From: a bacterium
Lineage (GTDB): Bacteria > Patescibacteriota > CPR2 > UBA1875 > JAJYID01
Direction of reading: 5' to 3'
NCBI GenBank assembly: GCA_021790235.1
Contig: JAJYID010000004.1
Location: 1-50,279 of the forward strand
DNA length: 50,279 bases
Each line of letters starts with the position of its first letter. Positions within the stretch are counted from its first letter, which is position 1. Both the position numbers and the translations under genes were made by a program. The notes beneath the pieces were generated by a model. It was not told the origin of the DNA. It did no database searches and saw nothing but the letters and a program-made list of their open reading frames with translations. Below, piece after piece: positions 31,244-43,309 of the stretch.

Positions 31244-31552
31244 ATGATTGAGCCTTTAATGAAAAGACTTAACGATTTTTATTCCGAAGTTGGCAATACG
31301 CGAGTCAAAAGGCAGTTAATTGCCGAAATCTTTAGAGAGTCGAGTTTCATTCAGGAACTAACCCAACAGCTTAACAAGGTAGAAGTTCAGATCAAAGACC
31401 TGACCTGTAAAAAATGTAATGGGACAGGGAAGGTGTCTGATAAGTATATTGAGATAGACTCTGTAGACTGGCCATGGGATAACTATTATACAAAAAAGTC
31501 TTGTCCGATCTGCAAGGGTGCTGGTATTCGACTTGTTGAAGCGGGAGCGTAG
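31244..31552 (+). CDS. small protein with DnaJ-type zinc-finger repeats
   Basis: CKKCNGTGK and CPICKGAG (CxxCxGxG, twice). The stop codon lies in the loop of a terminator. Confidence 0.6.
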   Translation: MIEPLMKRLNDFYSEVGNTRVKRQLIAEIFRESSFIQELTQQLNKVEVQIKDLTCKKCNGTGKVSDKYIEIDSVDWPWDNYYTKKSCPICKGAGIRLVEAGA

Positions 31553-31567
31553 TCTCCCGCCTTTTAT
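31541..31567 (+). terminator. rho-independent terminator
   Basis: GCGGGAG-cgtagt-CTCCCGC followed by CTTTTA. Confidence 0.7.
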
Positions 31568-31695
31568 TACTAAGATCATTTGACAAATGCCTATCTTGTG
31601 CTAAAATAATGGCATAAATACTTTGATAGTTAGCAGGTTAAGTATTGGATCATAAGCAACCCCCTTGCTTGTGATCCTATATTTGCTCTGCTTTT

Positions 31696-32238
31696 TTAGT
31701 TGATGTATTCAGCTGCTCTTAGTATCAATATGCAACTTGCCGCATGGGTGATCTCGGAATTTTCCACCATTTGGATGGCTTTTTGAAGCGGTATTTTTAT
31801 AATTTTGATTGATTCGCTATCATCGGGATTTACTTTTGTTTGGGTTAAATTTTTTGCGAGAAATAAGAAATTTCTAGAGTTTATAGCCGAAGTGAAGGGG
31901 TCCACAAATCCCAAATCGATCCATCCACTTGCTTTAATCCCAATTTCTTCCTCTAATTCGCGCTTCGCGGTTTCAAGAGGAGTCTCGTTTTCTTCTATCC
32001 CGCCGCTTACCGTTTCAACAGAAAAGCTTTCAATAGCATGTTTGTATTCTTCGACCAGATAAACTTCATTATCATCATTGATTGCCAAAATTGATGTGCC
32101 TGGCTTCATCTCGACTTTTGTAAATTCTTTTTCAAGTCCGTCGTCAAAAACAACCAAATCACTTGAAAGAGTTACTAGATTGTTTTTATAAACGATATTG
32201 CTTTGTTTAACTTTAAAAGGCGGTTTTTTATTATTCAT
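31696..32238 (-). CDS. Nudix hydrolase (ADP-ribose pyrophosphatase-like)
   Basis: Nudix box GGIEENETPLETAKRELEEEIGI fits GX5EX7REUXEEXGU. Confidence 0.85.
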   Translation of the reverse strand: MNNKKPPFKVKQSNIVYKNNLVTLSSDLVVFDDGLEKEFTKVEMKPGTSILAINDDNEVYLVEEYKHAIESFSVETVSGGIEENETPLETAKRELEEEIGIKASGWIDLGFVDPFTSAINSRNFLFLAKNLTQTKVNPDDSESIKIIKIPLQKAIQMVENSEITHAASCILILRAAEYIN

Positions 32239-32334
32239 TTTTTCACTTTATCATAAACAAAATATATGAACAATTTCTTATTGAAGCAGATGTAAAAAAT
32301 GCTTATAATGAAGTATGGGTAAATTAAGGATTTT

Positions 32335-32703
32335 ATGGTCTGGCGAAAATATATAAACGGGATGTTTTTGGGGATACTTGGTTTTTCGCTTGTCTTAATT
32401 ATCCTTGTGAACTTTACCAGTCCGAGTATGGGAGCCTTTGTCTATGGATCATTCTTTATATGCTTATTCTTGCTTTTAGTATGTCTTGCAACCATACTGG
32501 GATTTTATGTTAGGCGAAGAGTGACAAATAATGAGATTCTCTATAAAAATCTGAAAAACGCCTTTAGGCAAGGTACTCTCATTGCTTTATATTTTACGGT
32601 ACTTTTGGTACTCCGGGCGGCAACGCTTTTAAACTGGTGGGATGCTGCGCTACTTGCGGTAAGTACTATATCATTTGATATGTTTTTCAAGGAAAAAATT
32701 TAA
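32335..32703 (+). CDS. small integral membrane protein (about 4 TM segments)
   Basis: Hydrophobic segments FLGILGFSLVLIILV, FFICLFLLLVCLATILGFYV, LIALYFTVLLVL and AALLAVSTISF. TAATG overlap with pheS. Confidence 0.6.
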   Translation: MVWRKYINGMFLGILGFSLVLIILVNFTSPSMGAFVYGSFFICLFLLLVCLATILGFYVRRRVTNNEILYKNLKNAFRQGTLIALYFTVLLVLRAATLLNWWDAALLAVSTISFDMFFKEKI

Positions 32704-33695
32704 TGAATATCCAGGATATGAAAAAACAATTTGTAAAGGATTTAGGCCAAACCGGCAGTCAAAAGGATTTGGAAGTCTTGAGAGTGAAATATCTTGGTAA
32801 AAAAAGCGAAATCTATTCCTCCCTTAGATCGCTTGGGCAGCTAGATCATGAGGAAAGAAAGGTAATGGGGGCAGCTCTGAATCAGTTAAGAGGAGAGATT
32901 GAGGCCGGGCTTAAGTCACAAGAATATGAGCTAGCCCAAAAAGAACAAACTGTTTTAGATTTTTCTGAACCCGGTAAAAAATTTGAAATTGGCCATAAGC
33001 ACCCTATAACTCAGGTGTATGAAGAACTTTTTGAGATAGCGAAGACCCTTGGCTTTTCTATTGCAGATGGGCCCGAAGTAGAGTCAGACTGGTATAATTT
33101 CGAAGCGCTCAATATGCCAAAAGACCACCCGGCGCGAGACACACAAGATTCGTTTTATATTGATGAAAGTACAGTCCTGCGTACTCAAACTTCGCCGGTG
33201 CAAATAAGATATATGGAGAAGCACAAACCGCCTATACGGATAGTTGTACCTGGCCGGACATATCGCCGGGACAACGACATGACTCATACTCCTATGTTTC
33301 ATCAGCTTGAAGGTCTTTTGGTAGATGATCGAGTGACTTTGGCAGATCTGAAAGGGGTTCTGACAGTTTTTGCCAAGGGTATTTTCGGCCAAGATAGGAA
33401 AGTACGATTTCGTCCGCATCATTTCCCTTTTACTGAACCATCTATAGAAGCGGACGTTTCCTGCGGGCTCTGTGGGGGTAAAGGCTGTCGGTCCTGCAAG
33501 TATTCCGGTTGGCTCGAGATACTTGGTGCTGGCATGGTTCATCCTAATGTTTTAAAAAACGTAGGGCTTGACTTTAAGAAATATCAGGGCTTTGCCTTTG
33601 GTATGGGAGTTGATCGTATTACCATGCTCAAGTTTGACATAGATGACACAAGGATGTTTTTTGATAATGATCTAAGATTTTTGGAGCAATTCTAA
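32703..33695 (+). CDS. pheS: phenylalanyl-tRNA synthetase alpha subunit
   Basis: Class II motifs: HPARDTQDSFY, FRPHHFPFTEPS, GFAFGMGVDR. Confidence 0.92.
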   Translation: MNIQDMKKQFVKDLGQTGSQKDLEVLRVKYLGKKSEIYSSLRSLGQLDHEERKVMGAALNQLRGEIEAGLKSQEYELAQKEQTVLDFSEPGKKFEIGHKHPITQVYEELFEIAKTLGFSIADGPEVESDWYNFEALNMPKDHPARDTQDSFYIDESTVLRTQTSPVQIRYMEKHKPPIRIVVPGRTYRRDNDMTHTPMFHQLEGLLVDDRVTLADLKGVLTVFAKGIFGQDRKVRFRPHHFPFTEPSIEADVSCGLCGGKGCRSCKYSGWLEILGAGMVHPNVLKNVGLDFKKYQGFAFGMGVDRITMLKFDIDDTRMFFDNDLRFLEQF

Positions 33696-34015
33696 TGGAT
33701 GAGACGGGTATGCCAGATCGGTATGATGAGGAAATAATAGAAAGTTTCCAGGTTGAAATGGCTGAAAAGATTAAAAAAGGCGGAAGTGAGGACTTAAAAT
33801 TTATCGATGTTAATCAACTTGGGAAAAATGAAATGCAGGCTTTCGGTTTATTGAAGGGGTTAAATGATAGGCAGATTACTTTAAAAATGTTTCGGGATGA
33901 AATTAGTAGATATGAAGGGATTGTTCAAATGAGTGAGAAGAGGCTCATAAGCCTTACACATTACTTTGCTTGGCTTAGAAATCAAGCCATGAAAAATTTG
34001 GAGAAAAAGCAATGA
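33695..34015 (+). CDS. hypothetical 106-aa protein inserted between pheS and pheT
   Basis: TAATG overlap with the pheS stop and ATGA overlap with the pheT start. No motif recognised. Confidence 0.55.
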   Translation: MDETGMPDRYDEEIIESFQVEMAEKIKKGGSEDLKFIDVNQLGKNEMQAFGLLKGLNDRQITLKMFRDEISRYEGIVQMSEKRLISLTHYFAWLRNQAMKNLEKKQ

Positions 34016-36339
34016 GAATACCGATTAGCTGGCTTAAGGAATATGTTGAAGTAAAATCTGTAAAAGAGTTGTCGGATAAGTTAACCATGTCCGGAACGGA
34101 AAACGAAATTCTCCATGCCGAGAAAGGGGACTTCGAAAAGATAGTTGTCGGTGAAATCTTGGAAATTAAGAAACACCCAAATGCGGATAAGCTGCAGATT
34201 ACGAAAACATCAGTGGGCAAAGAAACCCTGCAAATTGTTTGCGGCGCACCGAATATAAAAGTCGGGCAGAAGGTTCCTGTGGCATTAGTTGGTGCCCAGA
34301 TAGGCGAGTTTGAGATTAGAGAAGCTGAACTACGCGGCATCAAAAGTCATGGGATGCTTTGCAGTGAGTCAGAATTGGGTATATCTGATGATCATAGTGG
34401 GATCATGGTTTTGGATCCCAGAGCTAAGGTAGGAGAAAGTCTGGGAAATGTTCTTGGTTTGCCAGAAAAGATTTTGGATGCGGAAATCACGCCAAATCGT
34501 GGCGACTGCCTGTCTATGATCGGAATTGCTCGAGAGACAGCAGTAGTCACAAACCAAAAGCTGAAGCTGCCACAAATTAAAATTCAAGAAGCAAAAGAAA
34601 AAGCTTCAGATTTTCTGTCTGTTGAAATAAAGGATAAAGATTTGTGCCGCAGATATATAGGCAGAGTGATTAAAAATGTAAAAGTTGGCCCATCGCCTCA
34701 GTGGATGCAGGATAGTTTGAGTGCTTCCGGGGTACGGCCGATCAGCAATATTGTAGATGTGACGAACTATGTCATGTTGGAGATGGGGCAGCCGCTCCAT
34801 GCTTTCGACGCGGAAAAAATTTCGGGCAGAAAAATTATTGTCAGAAGGGCAAAAAAGGGAGAGAAAATTGAGACTCTTGACGGAACGGTACGCACACTAA
34901 ATCTAAAAGATTTGGTTATTGCAGACGACAAGAAGGCTATTGCGCTGGCCGGCGTGATGGGCGGAGCAAATAGCGAAGTTACAGATAGGACGAAGACAGT
35001 TGTTTTAGAGTCGGCAAATTTTCATCCGACATCTGTCAGAAAAACTGCCTTAAGTCTTGCTCTTAGATCAGAAAGTTCTGCGAGATTTGAAAAGGGTCTA
35101 CCCCTTCAGTTAACTGAGGAAGCGGCAGATAGAGCAGCAGCACTTTTGGCAGAAATAGCAGACGGTGAGGTGCTAGCCGGCAAGGTTGATATGGGTGAAA
35201 AGAAGGATAAAGAAACTAAAATAACTATTATGTTTAATCGTATAGAGACATTTCTTGGTGAAAATATCAGTCCTAGTAGGGCTATAGAAATTCTTACCCG
35301 ACTGGGCTTTCAAGTATCAGACAAAACGAAAGATAGGGCTGTTTTTATAGTTCCATACTGGCGTCTTGATGTTTCCATTGAGGAAGACCTATTTGAAGAA
35401 ATTGCCCGCATTTATGGATATGAAAATATCCCAAGTACCTTACCGGAAGGTGTTCTTCCGATTTACGAAGTTGATAAAAAAAACGAGGTTTCAGAAAAAA
35501 CCAGAGATATTTTCACGGCGCTTGGATTTTATGAGGTTCTTTCTTATTCATTTACAAACAAAGAAAAAGCTAATGTATTGAAAAAAGATAATGATCTGGT
35601 CAAAATTGCCAATCCTTTGAGCCAGGAACAGGAGTTTATGAGAAAAGATCTTTTGGGATCAAGCTTAGAAATTGCAGCTAAAAATAATGACTACAAACGT
35701 GGTACTATAAAGAAGATTTTCGAAATATCTTCAGTTTATACGTCAAAAACAGAACTAATGAAGCTTAGCGGGTTTGTTTTTGGAGAAGAAGCGGAGGAAG
35801 TTTTCAGGCAATCCAAAGGATCTTTGGAAGTGCTGTTTAATACCTTGGGGGTTGCCATAAAACTTAAGGATTGTAAAAAAAATGAAGCTGTTATTATTGC
35901 GGATAAAAATAAAGCTGGCTCTTTTATGATTTTAGATAGTACAATTATGGAAAAGTTTAAGGTGAAATCAAAGAGCGCATGTTTTTTTGAAATTGATATG
36001 AAGATTTTGGCAAAAGCTGTAAAAGTAAAGAAATATCAAAATATCCCAAAGTTTCCCGGATCGGAAAGAGATCTCACGTTTATAGTGGATGAGTCTCTGA
36101 GAGTAGAAGATCTTGATCATGCAATAGGTTCGCTGAAATCATCTATTTTAGAAAGTAAAGAAGCGGTAGCTATTTATCGAGGCAAGGGGCTGCTTCCGGA
36201 TAAAAAGAGTGTTTCGATAAGATTTATATATCAAGCAGATCGTACACTTACGGATCAAGAGGTTGATGATGACCAAACAGAAATTATTAAATTAATTAAA
36301 GACAAATTCGGAGGGGAAGTTAGAGGTGGCAAAGGTTAA
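34012..36339 (+). CDS. pheT: phenylalanyl-tRNA synthetase beta subunit
   Basis: MRIPISWLKEYV start, the tRNA-binding domain (HPNADKLQITK), B3/4, B5 and the C-terminal FDX-ACB-like region. Confidence 0.92.
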   Translation: MRIPISWLKEYVEVKSVKELSDKLTMSGTENEILHAEKGDFEKIVVGEILEIKKHPNADKLQITKTSVGKETLQIVCGAPNIKVGQKVPVALVGAQIGEFEIREAELRGIKSHGMLCSESELGISDDHSGIMVLDPRAKVGESLGNVLGLPEKILDAEITPNRGDCLSMIGIARETAVVTNQKLKLPQIKIQEAKEKASDFLSVEIKDKDLCRRYIGRVIKNVKVGPSPQWMQDSLSASGVRPISNIVDVTNYVMLEMGQPLHAFDAEKISGRKIIVRRAKKGEKIETLDGTVRTLNLKDLVIADDKKAIALAGVMGGANSEVTDRTKTVVLESANFHPTSVRKTALSLALRSESSARFEKGLPLQLTEEAADRAAALLAEIADGEVLAGKVDMGEKKDKETKITIMFNRIETFLGENISPSRAIEILTRLGFQVSDKTKDRAVFIVPYWRLDVSIEEDLFEEIARIYGYENIPSTLPEGVLPIYEVDKKNEVSEKTRDIFTALGFYEVLSYSFTNKEKANVLKKDNDLVKIANPLSQEQEFMRKDLLGSSLEIAAKNNDYKRGTIKKIFEISSVYTSKTELMKLSGFVFGEEAEEVFRQSKGSLEVLFNTLGVAIKLKDCKKNEAVIIADKNKAGSFMILDSTIMEKFKVKSKSACFFEIDMKILAKAVKVKKYQNIPKFPGSERDLTFIVDESLRVEDLDHAIGSLKSSILESKEAVAIYRGKGLLPDKKSVSIRFIYQADRTLTDQEVDDDQTEIIKLIKDKFGGEVRGGKG

Positions 36340-37954
36340 GATCGGTTTAGATTCCATAACGAAAAAATCCTTTTTTACGGAAAAAAAAGGAACGGTTTCG
36401 AATACCCCTGATGATAAAGGTCAAACTTCTCAACAAAAACCGGTAAAGAAAGATAACACAAACAATCAAAAGTTTAAATTCTTAAAATTTAAGAAACAGC
36501 AATTCTTCTCTGTCCAAGGTATCATAATGATTTTAGTACTTTTGCCGATTCTATTTTTCGGAGTGGTATCTTTAGCTTATCAGTATCACAACGAAGGCAG
36601 AATTTATGATGGTGTCAATGTTTTTGGTATCGATGCCGGAGGGAAAACACCTACGGAGCTAGGTAAACTTATTGATTCAAAAATAGCCTCCTATAAAGTA
36701 ACTATTCAAGGAGATAATCAAAAATTTGAAGCCACCTATAGCAATCTCGGGATTAACTATGATAAAGAAAAAATAGTTGATACGGCTTATGAATACGGGC
36801 GTGATGAGTCTGTTCTGACGAATTTTTTTAACAGGGCTAAAAGATTTTTTTCTCAGTATCCTATTACACTTGGATCGCGAACCTATGCTTTCAAGAAATA
36901 TAACGTTAACCTTACCTACAAACTAGATGAGAATAAACTGGATAGTTATTTAAGCGATTTAGAGTCTAAAATAAATGTGGATCCTCAGGATTCTCGCATG
37001 ACATCCAACGGTGATGCGATGCAGATTGTACCTGCTGTTTTTGGGATAAAGCTCGAAACAGCTGACTTGAAAAATAAAATATTAGCTTCTTCTCTGCACT
37101 TTGATACTCAACCTATCATTATGAAGACTGATGTTACATCACCCGCTATTATGGATGACAAAACACGTGCTTTAGCGATTGAAGCCGATCAAATCACATC
37201 AAAACCGGTAACCTTAACTTATGAGGATAAGTCATATTCGCCGTCAAAGAGTATACTTGTGTCCTGGATTACCTTTACCAGAAACGATGACAAATCAGAT
37301 TGGAAAATGGTAATAGACCAGTCAAAAATGGCTGATTACTTTGGTACTATTGGCAAGGATATTAATGTTTATTCGACTACTCAAAATATCAGAGTAGAAA
37401 ATGAGACGAAGGAAATAGTCACACAACAAGGAAAGGACGGGCTTATCATTAATCAAGCAGCTCTTGGAAGCCAGTTAGCGGCGGAACTTCAGTCAGACTC
37501 AAAGGTAAATATTGTAATCCCCATGATGGTTGATCATTTTAAAACACAGAGAGATTATGTGGTTGTTGCTGATTGGGATCAGTATATCGATATCAATCTT
37601 TCGACTCAGCGGATGGATGCATACCTAAAGGGTGGCCAAAAGGTTGGTAGTTGGGCGATTACAAGCGGGAGAGATAGTTTGCCAACACCGTTAGGACAGT
37701 TTCTGATAATGAGAAAATCTTATGATGTCTGTATGCCAAATCCGCCTAGTACCCAGCCTTTGTGTGGCATCCATTATGTTAGTTATTTCACTAGTTCTGG
37801 TGATGCAATCCATGAAGCTTGGTGGCGAAGTTACTTTGGCGGGCAAGATTATCATTGGGACGGTTCGCATGGTTGCATCAATGCTCCTCTGTCGGTTGCG
37901 CAGTTTATCTACAACTGGGCGCCCATCGGTACTCCGGTGACGATTCATTATTAA
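36326..37954 (+). CDS. L,D-transpeptidase (YkuD domain) with N-terminal TM helix and peptidoglycan-binding-like region
   Basis: C-terminal YkuD catalytic motif GSHGCINAP preceded by a conserved His. TM helix IIMILVLLPILFFGVV. The start is uncertain (GTG 36326 overlaps the pheT end). Confidence 0.75.
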   Translation: MAKVKIGLDSITKKSFFTEKKGTVSNTPDDKGQTSQQKPVKKDNTNNQKFKFLKFKKQQFFSVQGIIMILVLLPILFFGVVSLAYQYHNEGRIYDGVNVFGIDAGGKTPTELGKLIDSKIASYKVTIQGDNQKFEATYSNLGINYDKEKIVDTAYEYGRDESVLTNFFNRAKRFFSQYPITLGSRTYAFKKYNVNLTYKLDENKLDSYLSDLESKINVDPQDSRMTSNGDAMQIVPAVFGIKLETADLKNKILASSLHFDTQPIIMKTDVTSPAIMDDKTRALAIEADQITSKPVTLTYEDKSYSPSKSILVSWITFTRNDDKSDWKMVIDQSKMADYFGTIGKDINVYSTTQNIRVENETKEIVTQQGKDGLIINQAALGSQLAAELQSDSKVNIVIPMMVDHFKTQRDYVVVADWDQYIDINLSTQRMDAYLKGGQKVGSWAITSGRDSLPTPLGQFLIMRKSYDVCMPNPPSTQPLCGIHYVSYFTSSGDAIHEAWWRSYFGGQDYHWDGSHGCINAPLSVAQFIYNWAPIGTPVTIHY

Positions 37955-38003
37955 TTATTTAGTTTTAAACTAAATCTGATAAGATATATTAAAAGGAGAA
38001 AAA

Positions 38004-38387
38004 GTGGATTCACTACAAAACAATCAAAAACCCCAGGAAGTGCAAGATCAGGCGGGCAATATTCCGGAGAGTACTCCGAATACTCAAGATATTAATGAAA
38101 AATCGAAACAAAACCCCGGGCAGACTAATCCGCAAGGTGATGGTCAAAAAACTGCGGATAAGATTGCAAATGATTTAGGCCAGGGCATGGTCGGGCAACA
38201 GCTTCAAACTATGGGACAGCAAACCAATGTGCAAAGTGTTACAAAACCGGCGGCAAAAAGCAGTGATCCATATATTGAAGCTGCTGAAGCTATTATGAAA
38301 AAAGATAAAGATGATCCTTACCAGGAAGATAGAGATCATAAGGATATCCAGAAGCAGTATTTGACTGATAGGTTTGGAAAGAACTAA
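38004..38387 (+). CDS. hypothetical Gln/Pro-rich protein (127 aa)
   Basis: GTG start 6 nt after AAGGAG. Low-complexity N-terminal half. Confidence 0.45.
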   Translation: MDSLQNNQKPQEVQDQAGNIPESTPNTQDINEKSKQNPGQTNPQGDGQKTADKIANDLGQGMVGQQLQTMGQQTNVQSVTKPAAKSSDPYIEAAEAIMKKDKDDPYQEDRDHKDIQKQYLTDRFGKN

Positions 38388-38441
38388 GTTAAGAAATTTA
38401 TAAGTTACTCTGTTATTCAATTCTTATGTTAAAATATTATT

Positions 38442-40952
38442 ATGACGTTTTTCATTACAGGAGGGATTTTTCTAATAGTTGCAATTGCAGCGGGGTTTAT
38501 CTATTTTTACAAAAAAACCAGTGCTTATAAAAAGCAAATAGAAAGATCATTAAAGATAGTACCCCTTTTGGTGCGGGTTCCTAGAGAGATGGGGTCAAAG
38601 GAAAAGGCAACTCAAAGTCGTGATGACAGGGATGTGGGAAGGGAAATTATCTCGTTTATGGAGACTTTCTATGCTAACCTTTCTGTGATTTATAAAAGAG
38701 GATTTAAGGACATTCACCATAATCTTCTTTATGGCCAAAGGCATATTGCGCTTGAGATAATTGCTAAAGATAAAGAGATTGCTTTCTATATTGGTGTGCC
38801 GATTACGCTTCTTGACATGGTTGAGAAAATGTTATCCTCTCAGTATCCGGAGTCAGTGATAGAAGAAGCCGAAGAACATAATATTTTTTCGAAGGATTGG
38901 CGGAAAATGGGCATATGCGGAGGGCAGTTAAAACTTTACAAGTCTTTTATTTATCCGCTGAAAACATATAAAACTATTGAAGCAGAACCTCTTGAGTCTA
39001 TCACTAATGTTTTCAGCAAGCTTGAAATCGGCGAAGGCGCGGCAGTCCAAGTTCTGATTCGTCCAGTCCATCCGCGGAAAATGCACAAAGGCAGAGCCCA
39101 TGTTCGAAAAACACAAAATCAGAAAAACAGCGACTGGATTACTGCAGTTACCGGTACGTTGATGGCGAAAGATAATAGTTCTCTCAGTCAAGAACCTGTA
39201 AGATTGACGGCTATGGAAGAAGAGGTAAATAAAGCAATCGAAGAAAAAGCAGGTAAAGCTCCATTTGAAACGGTTATTCGCTTTATAGTTTCAACTGGTA
39301 ACCTTCACCGTAGCGAGATGATCATAAATGAGTTAAATGGCGCTTTTGCCCAGTTCAACGATCAAAACCTCAATGGTTTCAGGTTTAGAAGAGAAACAAA
39401 TGTTGACAAACTGGTCACTGACTATATTTTTCGTTTCTTTGACCATAATATCTTTTCTTTAAAAAGGTTTTTTTTCGGAGGTTTGATAGGTTATAAAAAC
39501 ATTTTAAATTCTGAGGAATTGTCCGGTATTTTCCACCTTCCAAACTATCTTATTCAGTCGCCGGGTATTAAGTGGCTTCCGGCTAAAATGACTGAATTGC
39601 CAAATAATTTGTCCGAAGAAGGTACTTTTATCGGGCGGGCACAGTATCGCGGTGAAAAGAAAATCGTACGTTTGGGAGAAAAAGATAAACTGCGTCATAC
39701 TTACATTTTAGGACAAACCGGTACCGGTAAAACGACAGTCATGCTTGATATGATTGTTGATGATATTTGTCGTGGAGAAGGAGTGGCATACATCGATCCT
39801 CATGGTGACGCTATTGAGGATATTTTAGTTCGTATTCCCAAAGAAAGAGCTGAGGATGTGGTGATTTTTGATGCCGGTGACTTAGATCGACCGATTGGAC
39901 TGAATATATACGAAGCCGAAACGATAGATCAGAAAGACCTTATCATTAACGAAGCACTGCAAATGCTCTATAAAATCTATGATCCAAATAACACCGGACA
40001 GATTTTTGGTCCGCGATTTGACCATTGGTTTAGGAATGCTTCCCTGACACTGATGGCAGATCCGGAAGGCGGCACATTTATCGAGGTGCCGAAAGTACTG
40101 ACCGATGAAAGGTTTCTGGCTCATAAACTAAAATATGTCACCGATCCGGTGATCAGAAGCTTTTGGTTTGATGATTTCGGGAAATCCACAGCTCAAGTAA
40201 AGTCCGAGATGCTTAGTTATTTTTTGCCTAAGTTTGGCGCTTTTATGACAAACACTACTATGAGAAATATCATCGGCCAGCCAAAGTCATCTATTAATTT
40301 AAATGAGATTATGGATTCCGGGAAAATTCTTCTTATTAATCTTTCCAAAGGTAAAATTGGCGAGCTTAATATGAGGTTTCTAGGTATTTTGCTTGTTATT
40401 AAGATGCAGGTTGCGGCGATGTCTCGGGCCAGCATCCCAGAGAGTGAGAGAAGACAATTTACTCTTTATGTCGATGAGTTTCAAAATTTCCTCACCGAAT
40501 CATTCGCCCAAATTCTCTCAGAAGCCAGGAAATATAAGTTCAATCTTGTGGTCGGAAACCAGTTTATCGGCCAGCTGACGGATCAGATGAGAACGGCCAT
40601 TTTCGGTAACATTGGTACCATTCTTAGTTTTAGAGTCGGGCCGGAAGATGCGGAGTTTATGGCGAAACAGTTTGAGCCGGTTTTCAGTATCAACGATCTT
40701 TTAAATATCGAAAACGGTTTTGCCTTTATTCGACTGATGATTAATGGCTACCCGTCCAGACCATTTATTGTTAATCCGGTCTATCCACCGATAGGTGTGG
40801 TTGATAAAAAAGTGGAGGATGCTATCCGGCAGCTTTCCAGACTTAAATATGGTAAGCCTCGAGAGATTGTCGATAAGGAGATTATGGAACGATTAGCTAT
40901 TGGTTCAGCACTTGAGGCTAACGAAACTTTGCCGAGAGAGATGGATCTGTAG
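38442..40952 (+). CDS. VirD4/TraG/TraD-like (type IV coupling protein-like) membrane-anchored ATPase
   Basis: N-terminal TM helix. Walker A GQTGTGKT at about aa 425. Walker B LYVDEFQNF. The C-terminal region resembles the TraD/TraG family. Confidence 0.6.
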   Translation: MTFFITGGIFLIVAIAAGFIYFYKKTSAYKKQIERSLKIVPLLVRVPREMGSKEKATQSRDDRDVGREIISFMETFYANLSVIYKRGFKDIHHNLLYGQRHIALEIIAKDKEIAFYIGVPITLLDMVEKMLSSQYPESVIEEAEEHNIFSKDWRKMGICGGQLKLYKSFIYPLKTYKTIEAEPLESITNVFSKLEIGEGAAVQVLIRPVHPRKMHKGRAHVRKTQNQKNSDWITAVTGTLMAKDNSSLSQEPVRLTAMEEEVNKAIEEKAGKAPFETVIRFIVSTGNLHRSEMIINELNGAFAQFNDQNLNGFRFRRETNVDKLVTDYIFRFFDHNIFSLKRFFFGGLIGYKNILNSEELSGIFHLPNYLIQSPGIKWLPAKMTELPNNLSEEGTFIGRAQYRGEKKIVRLGEKDKLRHTYILGQTGTGKTTVMLDMIVDDICRGEGVAYIDPHGDAIEDILVRIPKERAEDVVIFDAGDLDRPIGLNIYEAETIDQKDLIINEALQMLYKIYDPNNTGQIFGPRFDHWFRNASLTLMADPEGGTFIEVPKVLTDERFLAHKLKYVTDPVIRSFWFDDFGKSTAQVKSEMLSYFLPKFGAFMTNTTMRNIIGQPKSSINLNEIMDSGKILLINLSKGKIGELNMRFLGILLVIKMQVAAMSRASIPESERRQFTLYVDEFQNFLTESFAQILSEARKYKFNLVVGNQFIGQLTDQMRTAIFGNIGTILSFRVGPEDAEFMAKQFEPVFSINDLLNIENGFAFIRLMINGYPSRPFIVNPVYPPIGVVDKKVEDAIRQLSRLKYGKPREIVDKEIMERLAIGSALEANETLPREMDL

Positions 40953-41160
40953 GTTACATAATTTTTTGTCCCCCTTTTGTTTTTTGGTTTAATTTGTGCT
41001 AAAATAGTGATAGCTCCAAAGGGGCAAAATTTTCAAAAAATCTCTCATTGATTCGGGGTGGTTGTAACTCACAAAAATACCTTGCGATAAGCAAAAAGAG
41101 GGATGTCCGAGATTAGGATATTAGTTTAAACTATGTTAATTTGAAAATTAATTTTGAATA

Positions 41161-43275
<2,115 letters not shown>

Positions 43276-43309
43276 TGCTAATTAATAATTCAAAATTAAA
43301 AATTCAAAA

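Noticed and set aside
31050-31247. 65-aa ORF, and a 29-codon ORF at about 31125-31214, upstream of the DnaJ-finger protein.
   Set aside because: There is no convincing SD, the composition is odd (Gly/Ser/Cys/Asn-rich) and the ORFs overlap the likely promoter/leader of 31244..31552. They cannot be supported as coding.
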